From NCBI GenBank assembly GCA_013115145.1, contig JAAPAO010000067.1:31111-95110 (forward strand): 64,000 bases of DNA. Direction: 5' to 3'. Under the pieces are notes generated by a model. It was not told where the DNA came from. It did no database searches and saw only the letters and a list, made by a program, of their open reading frames with translations. The position numbers were made by a program, and so were the translations under genes. The DNA comes from Perkinsus chesapeaki ATCC PRA-425. Lineage: Eukaryota > Protista > Perkinsozoa. Of this stretch, positions 37,856-48,401 are shown in pieces. Positions within the stretch are counted from its first letter, which is position 1; each line of letters begins with the position of its first letter.

Positions 37856-39846
37856 TCAATACATATGCATATTGAGGCCATCGGACTTCCCTCTAGGCCA
37901 TCGGATCTTCTCATAGTTCTTCTTGACATATATGTGACAGTGCAAATACCTAACATAACCAACAAAGTGATGATACTACATTCAGATGACTTATTTCAGT
38001 AAATAATATACAGTGGAATCGCCTAGTAAAAACACCTGCCAGTTCCCAAGTCCTAAGGCGTTATACGGATGACTAACATTTGCTAGTTTGCATAACAAAC
38101 GGTGACATGCGTTCCAATATTATCAATGGTTGCATAGTGCTTGATTCAAACATCACAAAGTAGATAAATGATATGGAAGGGAGAATTCCCGTCCGTATTC
38201 CCCCTCATTCCTTCCTTACATGCTGATGAGCTCCTGCATTTCGTTCCTCAATGTGAAGTACTGCAATGCATCATGACGAGCAACGTAACTGAGAAGACTG
38301 CTGCCGACGACGACGAGGCTGCGCCAAGGGTAGGACTCACCTCAGAAGGTCTCCAAGCTGAGGCACGTTAACCACGGATTTGGTAGCCCTTGACTTGGTC
38401 ACCTGAATCACACGTACGATGTTGATTAGAACTCCTCCAACCTTTCGGGAACTGCCACGACCTTATTAATAACCGGAGCAACAGAGCTTAGGAATTCCAA
38501 CGCTCACCGTATAGGACCGACTGGGACACTACCACAACGCCATACCATCATTAAAATGAAACTAGCAACCCCTGCCGATGATAGTAGACTATCGAGTTAA
38601 TTATGAATAGATCATAATGAAGAAAATTATAAACCATAAATGTCTCCTAGTGAATATAGAGCTCCAAAGGTCGTAGAAGTGTAGCTATTCACCAACGGAA
38701 AGACAACATTCATCATACTCCCGGTACTTTACAGTTGGTTTGCCAGTAAAGAGCATAGTGCCAGCCTACCTTATCGTCCTTCTCACAAACCGTCTCCCTC
38801 TCCTCTACAGCTCGTTCAAACTCCATTTGTCGGATAACTAGGATAACCACATATCACAAAGTCACTGCGCCACAAAATTCGACGCCTCACTTTCAGCTCG
38901 AGCTTGATGATAGACCTTGTTTTCGTCCTGTGTATCATCGCACCATTTGAGGTACTCTCCTAATCTGCAATGGAGATATCCAATCCTGCGATTACAGGGC
39001 TCATCTCACTTCCCATTGAATTGAGCTTGCACTTCAACACCAAAGTTGTTTCCGTCCTCTTCACGGGGTATGTGCATCAGTACGAAGCGCTGAAGTCGAG
39101 AAAGCCTAAAATAACGAAACGAGTGACGTACCGAGTACAACTTCATCGGATGCGTTTTCGCGGAATGCACCCGTCGGCTCGTTGGGTCACATGTTAACGG
39201 TTTCAAATTTTCCTGGTGAATCGGTACACGCATTACAGAGAGAGGACCAAGTTCCCGGCGGCTACGCCTCTACGAGAGCCTCTTCAAATAGCGCGGTGAG
39301 ACTCCACTGGTTTACCTCTCACAGGCCTGGTCGAACTCCTTGGTGACGATCTTATTAACTTCAACAATTACAGGGTTCGGCTTGCCCGATTGGATACCCT
39401 CGGCTGAGCATTCCTGACCGCACCGCGATAGAAAGGAAGCTACCAAACACTCGCTGACCTTCCTAGCAAAGGCCTCCTCCAGCTCCACAATGTCCTCAGT
39501 GCGATTGAATATCTTTGGGACACGGTCCTCCAAATCAAGAATTATGGATGGAAGCTCCTTCATGATGTCCTCGCCAACTAAACAGAGCAGCATAATAAAG
39601 TCAGGAGCTCCAAGGCTCGTACCGCCTCAACGGTAAGAAAGTCGGTCGGGAAAAGGCAGTACCATTGCACTTCATCGCGCTCGTATAGACCCCACCGATT
39701 TCGCAAAAAGTTTTACCCGAATCAAATCGCTTGATGAGCTCATCGAGCTTCTCCTGTGCCGATGCTGCGGATGCTGTCGAGGCTTCCTTGGTCGATACCG
39801 CACCGTTGGACAAACGCCTTTTCTTAGTAACAACAGGGTCAACCAT
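37856..39846 (-). CDS. Unknown-family tandem paralog A (multi-exon)
   Basis: Exons: AQEKLDELIKRFDSG; KELPSIILDLE; RLSRLQRFVLMHIP; ETVCEKDDK; ARHDALQYFTL; YVKKNYEKIRWPRG...NMHMY*. Confidence 0.65.
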
Positions 39847-39980
39847 TATCAACAAAACCTGCCACTATCAACATACAGCACAAGATACCCCTCTGCTTTC
39901 CCATTCAACAGACAAGGGGGCAACATTCAAAAGCATAGATTCGGTCGAAATGCCTGACTGGTCGAGTGGCAGGACACTTG

Positions 39981-42276
39981 TTAATACATATGCATGTTGC
40001 GAGCACCAGAGCGCCCTCTAGGCCATCTTATCTTCTCATAGTTGTTCTTAACATACACATAACAGTGTACATACCTACACCAATACACACTTCTCATCAT
40101 CCTTCCTCTGCCTTCATCAATGCTACCGAAGAAGGTACGAGTACAGTACAAGGTTCACCACGGAAAAGTGTACGAAGCGGAACACTGGCGACGACTAGTG
40201 TTCCTGACTGTCAGCTATATCCTATCATCTTCGGTTTTGGCCTTTTCTTCTTGATATGTATTACTGTATGATCCAAGCAAGCCACCCTTAAGAAATCCCA
40301 GAGCGAAATTATCGAAATTGGGCAAGTGATGTAAAGTTGACTGATTCCTTGAGATATGCAATTCGCTTATCAGTTCTGTTTGAACAGCTAATTGCCTCAC
40401 ATGCTTATTAGACCTTGTAACACAGTCCTCAGCTGGAAGTAATGATTGGCGTCATGCCGAGCCAGGTAACTAGAAAGGCATATCCAAGCTCCACGCTGGT
40501 GAGATACAGAAGAGCTCAAAACGAAGGATTCACCATAGAAGATCTCCCATAGGCGCTTTATCATTCACTGTTTTCACCGTTCTTGATGATGATACCTGGC
40601 ACTGTGATTGCCTCCCAAAACAATCATGCTAAAAAGGGACACCATTCCCTTACCTTATCCCCGGCCTCCCCCGAATAGTTCTCCCGTACTTCTAATTTCT
40701 TATCAAGCTCCATCTTCCGCAGTACTAAGCAGCAGCAGTCCCTCCCCAACCCCTACCGCTCCCTCCTACTATCGGCTCTTATTGCATGATACGCCTTACA
40801 GCCCTCTTGAAGGGACTCACACCACTTAACGTACTTAGACACTCTGAAAAATACCATTTTGTGGCGCGCGGGAATTAGGCCCTATTACTTAGCGTAAAAG
40901 CGTGACTGGACAGCCACACCGAAGTTATTGCCGTCCTCTTCGATCGGAGTGTGCATTATAACAAATCTTTGCATTTGGCCCAGTCTGCTGCCAATAGTCA
41001 GCGCCTTCCTCCACAGCAATGGACGCCTTACCTCTCCAAACCATCCTCAATGGCCTTTGCAATGTACTGGTTGATCCGTAATAGCTCCGGATGAGCCTTG
41101 CCGGACCGGATACCCTCAAGGGAGCATTCCTAATAAGGAGTCTTCGATAAAGAAATCAATATAGCTGTCATCACCAACATCAACAACTCGCTGGTGCTGT
41201 CAACAATGGGCGAGCAGGCCCATCTATAGACAATTCCGATACCGATTTTTGCGTGTTGATCCAAAAACACCGTCAAAAGTTCCACTCAACACGAGGGACT
41301 TTAGCCTCCTCTATCCTGCCCCTCTGTAGACTATAAGTCGGCCATAATAAAGTCAAACGCCTCAACGCTTGCAAGTGATACAGTGTATTCATAAGGAGTT
41401 CAATAATAACAATAGAACTATAGTAATTCCTCGATATGAAAACGCTTCCCACCTCCTCGCCTCATCACCACCAAAGTACTACCTTCGCCGCAAAGGCCTC
41501 CTGAACCTGCTGTATATCTCCCTGTAAATTAAAAACTGTTTTGAGGTCCTTTTCAAGCTTTATAACATATAAAGGAAGCTCCTTCATTACCCTCTCACCA
41601 TCTAAAAAATATTCGCCACATTGCCTTGCGTGGTCGGAAAAATGATAGATCGTAACAGTAATAGTGATCACTGCCAAAATTTAAAGTCTGCTGGGCCAAT
41701 CTCTACAAGCTGTAGACCTCTCTGTGATCAGCTAAATACAAGTTCGGATCCACTGTTGAGTGCTGCTTCATGTTGATCATATAAATTGAGTGTCATTCTG
41801 GATGAGAGAGACATTGTGGAAATATAGTTCCCAGCCTCGGAATCCCAGGATGATACCTAATCCTGTCGACTTTAAGAGTTAACTATTCCGAATGATGATA
41901 GTTGCCTATTAAGCTGATAAAGAGATATTATACATCTTATGACTATATACCAACAATTTAGAACCTAGACTACGATATGGCATATAATATAAAATAGCTT
42001 ATCTAGTCATGCCCAATAGATGCGATGATGAACAAGCTCATCATCATCACACCAACCCCAAACAAAGATTTGTAGATCCTTCATCTTAGAAACGAAAAAA
42101 AAACCAGCGCCTACGGTGTTGGTGTCAAATTAAAAAGTGAGAGACGTCATCGAGATGCTAACACCATCAGAGCCCAGTAACGGTATCCTACTACCTCCAT
42201 CAAAAACATCCAACAAGACATCGAGCTGCGCCTGGGCCTCCTCGATGGTGAGTTCAGAAGTAGCCTCAACAGACAT
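39981..42276 (-). CDS. Unknown-family tandem paralog B (more diverged in the middle)
   Basis: AQAQLDVLLDVFDGG; KELPLYVIKLE; YVKNNYEKIRWPRG...NMHMY*. Confidence 0.55.
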
Positions 42277-42442
42277 AATAAAAACTGCCTTCCCATTGGA
42301 CTACTTGTAACCAAACACTCTTCTCCGCGATTCGGGGAGACTGTCTACCACAGCAACGTCCAATCGCCCACCCTCCTAAAGCTAATACCACATTGCAGAC
42401 GTTGAAAGCGGCGGCGGCGGTGGAGTGAAGATGTAGGTATAA

Positions 42443-44959
42443 TCAATACATATGCATGTTCAGTCCCTCAGATCTTCCACGAGGCCATCGGATCTTCTCG
42501 TAGTTGTTCTTCACGTAGACGTAGCAATGGACGTACCTATGAGGGGCCAAGATGTGAGGGAAAATCGGTATGAGGTTGAGCTGTAGAGGTATTAATAATA
42601 ACATAGTCGGCGCTGCACCACACACCATTCACATAAGACCCATAGCAACACATCACCGCTCTGCCTCAATCTCCCATGTCAAATGTGTGTTCACACTGAA
42701 GGGCCAGTGCTCAACAGCAGGCTCAGTCAGCCAAAGCACGGCCCTTTCCTGCTCATACAATCGTTATTTGAGGGGTGACTTTCTGTATTGTTTTTTTCAC
42801 GCCACGTGACATAGTAGCTGCGCCATTCCCCGAGAGCCAGTCCCGCTCTTACATGCTGATCAGCCCTTGCATTATATTCTTCAAAGTGAAGTACTGAAGC
42901 GCATCGTGTCGAGCAAGATAACTGAGAAAAGTGCAATTGGACTTCGAAACAATATTTTCCGTACCATGTTAAATCACCCATATGAGGCACGTTGGCAACG
43001 GTCTTGGTGGCTTTCGACTTCGTTACCTAAAGAACCCGAGATTTCGGACCAACAAAGACTGGAGAGATCTGCAAGCAATAGTAGCACGGTTCTCATCCGG
43101 TCAGTCCTTTATCTTCAGTTTAGACAGATGAAATATATAGGAGGCATTTGTCTTTTGAGCAGTGTCGAGATATTCCTGGCCCGAGCATAATCTGCTCGCA
43201 GTCTGCCGGAAGTCGGACAAATGCAAAACACAGTCTTCAGCGAAAATCATTCCTTATCCTCCCATGCGTTATACTTCTCTACACCGATACACCCAGGTTC
43301 GATCCCCGGGAGTACTACTTTGTCTTCCTTTTCGCAGACAGTCTCACGGTACTCGAGCTTCTCGTCCAACTCCATTCTGCGGAGAACTGACAAAGATTTC
43401 GGACTTTCCGAAGAAAAATCTGGTAGAGCTATACCGACATATAGAACCATACTACCGCTTGTTGAACACCAGTTTAACTAAGCCTGAGGGAGCCATCCAG
43501 CATCACAGAAATGTGCTATTTGGACATTTCTAAGACTAAGTATCTAAGCTACCTAGAAATGCCCATGATAGAGCATTTCCGTTGCACCGATTACGCAGAG
43601 CATGATAGCGGTCCCATGATAGTAGAGGATGCCTCAGGTCGGGATACAATGGAAGTTGTACGACACAGTATATTCCTGTAGAACAGGGGACAAACACATC
43701 CCTTGTGTGCAATATTCCTCTATGACTCCCCGATCCAGTGTCGTAGTTCAGTATCATCTTAAAATATAGCTCTATTAGCTGATTAAAATGTTGATACATA
43801 CCAACCCACAGTCACTCTCCCGCCCCATCTATTACTATCAGCTCTTGAATGGTGATACGACTTCCCCTCGTCCTGTACAGCATCGCACCACTTTAAATAT
43901 TTCGATAACCTATCAGACACTTTATCCGCCACCACCACCATCGCCCATCCCACCACTACTACTTGGAATAAAACTGGCCCTGAACTGCAACACCAAAGTT
44001 GTTGCCATCCTCCTCTTTAGGAATATGCATCAGTACGAAACGCTGTAGCCGTGAGAGCCTAACAACAACATCAACAGAAAGACTCCTCGTTCGGAATCAA
44101 ACTCAGTCCAGTCCGTGCCCACGGTACAGAGTACGACTTCCGGATAGATCGGCGCAAGCCCGAAAAGGTCAAGACGAACGAGACGAACGAGATGGGGGTC
44201 ATCCAACTGGGTAACAGACAGGAGTCTTGCCTGTCTTGCGGCCCCCAAGGAGATCCCTCTGACCAAACCATACACCCCTCAAGCGCCATAAAGTATCACG
44301 GATTCTTCCTTCACATACGGCGGGTAATGGGTCGATATTCTATAATTATTTCAATGCTCCACGATTTCGAAGTCTACTTCTATCGGCCCCTCTCACAGAG
44401 GTATATCGGAGCCGTGTAATAGAAAACCTAACTGTTGGAAGTACCTGTCAATTGCAAGGTCTATCTCCTTAGTAACAGCCTTGCCGGCTTCAACAACCCT
44501 CATGTTCGGGCTACCCGATCGTACTCCCGATGCTGAACACTCCTAAAATAAGCATCCCTGGGAATCGAACCACCGACCTTTCGATAGGAAATCACAGCTC
44601 TATACTACTTGGGCTGCGAAGGACTCTTCAACCTCGATAACATCGCCAGTTACTGTGAATATGGTAGGTATCTTTTTCTCTACTTCTAGAATATACAACG
44701 GTAGATCTTGTAACAGATGCTCTCCATCTGAAAACACACCAGCCAATTGCATCATCGAATACCACATCATTCTTCCCATTTTCTGACACCTCTAGCCATA
44801 CTTCCCCTTATTACCATCATCGTAGTTCTTAAGTAGCTGCTCCAGCTCTCTTTTCGCCGTAACCATATCCGTTCCATTAAGCATAGCACTGGCCGCCGAA
44901 TTCAACTCGCGGCCGCCGGTCGATGCCGTTGTTGACGATGATTGCTTATTGTTGACCAT
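42443..44959 (-). CDS. Unknown-family tandem paralog C
   Basis: AKRELEQLLKNYDDG; RLSRLQRFVLMHIP; ETVCEKEDK; ARHDALQYFTL; YVKNNYEKIRWPRG...NMHMY*. Confidence 0.65.
44553..44624 (-). pseudogene. Degenerate tRNA-like sequence
   Basis: The 3' half CGAAAGGTCGGTGGTTCGATTCCCAGGGATG has a T-arm signature. The D-arm and anticodon stem do not pair cleanly. Confidence 0.4.
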
Positions 44960-45072
44960 CGCGTACCACTCTTGAGCAGCACTAGAGATTACCGAATTCT
45001 CAAGAAGAAACTGCAATTCTCCCTTCACCGCCTCTTCAAGCTAATTACCCGTACTAATTGGTACCATGTGAT

Positions 45073-45318
45073 CTAACACCACACGTTCTCTGTTGTTGTA
45101 GGAGACCAATCATTAAGCAGGGACCTATATAATTGGTATTCGTAGCAATTAATAACGCACACCATATTGCTGAGGCAGCTGTGTTGATCTGCCGCCGCTC
45201 TGGTGATTCGTTCCTTCCCCGCCTTTTCATGACTGGCCTGCTTCCAGGACATTTCGGAATGGTACAGATGTTGTGAGCCATCCACACCAACAAGCACGAC
45301 AAGCAGCACGCATTTCAT
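45073..45318 (-). CDS. Possible small secreted Cys-containing peptide
   Basis: MKCVLLVVLVGVDG start, ~81 aa, several Cys. ORF evidence only. Confidence 0.25.
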   Translation of the reverse strand: MKCVLLVVLVGVDGSQHLYHSEMSWKQASHEKAGKERITRAAADQHSCLSNMVCVINCYEYQLYRSLLNDWSPTTTENVWC

Positions 45319-46186
45319 ATCCGCTTCAAGAATCTCGGATCGAGGTACTGTCAAACAGTACCTACTTCTAATAATTCAGTATATACTGTAAAACTGTCTG
45401 CTGTAGAGCTATATAACTACGCCAATTAGTTGATCTCTGAGCAGCATAAGATAGAAGCAGTGTTCGCTTTGAAAGGATATGTCGCATCCAATGCAGGAGG
45501 AGACTCGATTGATGTGCTGAGCCCAAGGTATCTTTTGTTGCGCACGCCATCACGACGATGATGAAACCGTTGCCAATCACTTACAATTAGATTAAGATAA
45601 GATTTGCTCAATTCCTTTGGTTAGTATTCATATAATGTCTATCGAAAAAGAACAGCACACTGAATGAGAGAGCGTCTCCAAGCACATCACCAGACGTAAT
45701 CTATGCCAGGCCTCCGAAGAACCGCTGACCAGCCATCCTGGTCGTTGAACGTACGCAAATTGCGTCATACAGTACTTCCTATTCGATACAGATGTTTACA
45801 TGGCTCGGAACCTCCACGTCGGAAATTCCGAAACACATGGCCAGCCAAAAACGACAAACTTTAAAGCTCAAAATCTAATCGGTCACCCAAACTTAAACCG
45901 CAAAGCTTATCGTATTCACTCAATGCAGGGGGCGCGATTACTCTGGTACTATTGCAATTTGAACTCAGCCAACGGGAAAGCAAGGAAGGTCGCAGGTGAG
46001 CTCGTTTAACCCCACGAGACCCGTGCCACGTTCTAGTGTGATAGCTAATGAATGCATTTCAACCTTCAGCGGTTGTATACGTCCGACCCGCTCCCCGCGT
46101 ACGCTCGACCCTATTGACCGTCCAACTCAAAAGAACTAGCTATCGATCGTTTGGGCGAGCGCTAAACGCACAGAATCTCGTCACCG

Positions 46187-47896
46187 TTACTTCTGCGATG
46201 CTACTTCAGCTTCCATAATGTCAATCATCTCCGAATCCGTTACCGGGTTCAAACGAAGATCATTCATCGCACTGTGACGGATACCATATCCGAAGTATAT
46301 AACAGAGCCCAAAACAAAGTAAACCAGAACTATGCAGAATGCTAGCCAGCCTAAACTAGCCATAATAAATATATTAACAGTAACAGCAGCCATAGGCACG
46401 ATTAATGTCAATGCGTTAGAGCCCATAAGCTTCCATGTACGCAAGGCAAACGCCACCAGCCCAGCAGCATACAGACATAGGAATACGTATACAGCGATCT
46501 CGCTGCCTGGTCCTCCTTGAAGGCAAAGACCGGCTACTATAAGAACCACCATCATACCTCCCAAATAGATACGAGCTTCCTTATCGATTTTATCATAGAC
46601 GGCATCGCTTGACTTTGGTATACCTCTACGGATACGTCTGAGGACGCAGCCAACACATACGAAGCCCTGCATCAGAAGGATGCCTGCCGAGATAGCTTGA
46701 TTGAGAATGTCAAAATCCAGCAAGGCGGAAATTATGACAGTTAAGACTGAAGTCCAGAAGATGCCATAAACCGGAGAGCCTTTGCTGTTGACTTTAGTGA
46801 ACTTAGGTGACAGTAGACCATCCTTACCCATTCGATAAAATACCCTAGGCTGACCAGCGCTCGTGCCGTACGTGGCAGTGACAGAGCACGTTACCGCAGC
46901 CACAGCTACGACAATTGCCGCCCAATCAAGTCCTATGTATTGGAATGCCGAAAAAATGGGGGTGAGCGGGTTGATCTGATCCACACCTACCATACCGATC
47001 AAGGATATCGATACCAGAGCATACAGGGTGGCAGTTACCGAGATGGTGATACCAATCGCCCGGGGAATCACCACAGTAGGCTTCTCTACCTCCTCCGATA
47101 GAACGCATACTGCATCCCAGCCAGCATACGAGAAGAAAACAAAGGAGGCGCCACCAAGGATGCCAGCTGCTCCACGTGGGGCGAAATCCGAGAAATGATC
47201 TGGTGCAAAGAAAGGCAAGCCAGCAATAATAATGAAAAGAATCATAGAGATGTTACAGACGGTCATAAGGGAAGATACCCAAGCTGACTCCCTGACCCCC
47301 ATAGTGCATAAACCAGCTACTGCGATGCACAGCAGCGGTGGTAGCAAATCCAACACGAGTACATTCGAGCCGTTTACAGGGTATTCTTGCAGAACTGACG
47401 GTACTGATACGCCACATGCCTCTATTAGCTCTCTTAAATAGCCAGCAAAGCCTCTGGCAATGGCGGCGCTTGATACACCGTACTCGAGGGTGAGGCACAT
47501 GCCGGAAAGGAACCCCAGATACTCACCTAGAGACGAGTAGACGTACGAATAGGCACCGCCACTGGCTGGCAAACGACTTGAATAATCTGCATAACAAATG
47601 CCAGAGAGACCACAGGCCAAACCAGCTATCATAAATGATATAAACAATGCCGGTCCAGCATACTCCTTAGCGGCTGTTCCAGGCGTTACAAAGATTCCAG
47701 AACCAACAGTGTTGGCTATACCAAATAGGAAGACATGCCAGAAGCTGAGGACCTTCTTAAGACCAGAACCGTCCTTTTGTTCTTCTTTTTGTTCTTCCCT
47801 TAATATTGCCTCGGTTTTACAACGTGTCATTCTCCTCCATATCTCAGATGCTGCATTCGACCCATTCATACGGGAAGAGGGTCTACGAACGCCCAT
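46187..47896 (-). CDS. Cationic amino-acid transporter (APC/SLC7-CAT family), intronless
   Basis: 569-aa ORF with GIANTVGSGIFV, EYAGPALFISF, RLPASGGAYSY, FFSYAGWD, QPRVFYRMGKDGL and many TM segments. Confidence 0.92.
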   Translation of the reverse strand: MGVRRPSSRMNGSNAASEIWRRMTRCKTEAILREEQKEEQKDGSGLKKVLSFWHVFLFGIANTVGSGIFVTPGTAAKEYAGPALFISFMIAGLACGLSGICYADYSSRLPASGGAYSYVYSSLGEYLGFLSGMCLTLEYGVSSAAIARGFAGYLRELIEACGVSVPSVLQEYPVNGSNVLVLDLLPPLLCIAVAGLCTMGVRESAWVSSLMTVCNISMILFIIIAGLPFFAPDHFSDFAPRGAAGILGGASFVFFSYAGWDAVCVLSEEVEKPTVVIPRAIGITISVTATLYALVSISLIGMVGVDQINPLTPIFSAFQYIGLDWAAIVVAVAAVTCSVTATYGTSAGQPRVFYRMGKDGLLSPKFTKVNSKGSPVYGIFWTSVLTVIISALLDFDILNQAISAGILLMQGFVCVGCVLRRIRRGIPKSSDAVYDKIDKEARIYLGGMMVVLIVAGLCLQGGPGSEIAVYVFLCLYAAGLVAFALRTWKLMGSNALTLIVPMAAVTVNIFIMASLGWLAFCIVLVYFVLGSVIYFGYGIRHSAMNDLRLNPVTDSEMIDIMEAEVASQK

Positions 47897-48401
47897 TAAC
47901 GGACTAATTACAACAACCTACAACGACGGAGTGCTTATGCGTGCCCACACAGTACCAACTTTCCTCTTTTTACAAAAGCGCTCGCCATTCTAATCGATTA
48001 TGGATCATCACGTCACTACTTTGAGGATCACAAACGCTGAGATGAAAAGATATGAAAGAGTTGAGTTAGGGCGATTGACGGGCTGTGCTTGGATAGCCGG
48101 TATGTCTGGATCACATATCAAATAGGCAACATGCCGGCGGCGCATGGAGCGTCACGGATAAGCCCTCATAATAGCTTGCATCATCATCTACACCAGCACG
48201 CTGTCATCCTCCTCCTGCTGCAGCAGCCAGTGCTCTCGTTTGTCTACGCTGCCAGGTGAGGTGGTGTAAGGGTGTATGATACTGTCTATGTCACATGATA
48301 TCTTTCTCTGTCCAGTACAGTAGACTTTCAAAACATCATGGCTCCCATGCTCTAACTTTAACGTCACTGTTCCACAACTCATACCATAATAAATAATGAA
48401 A

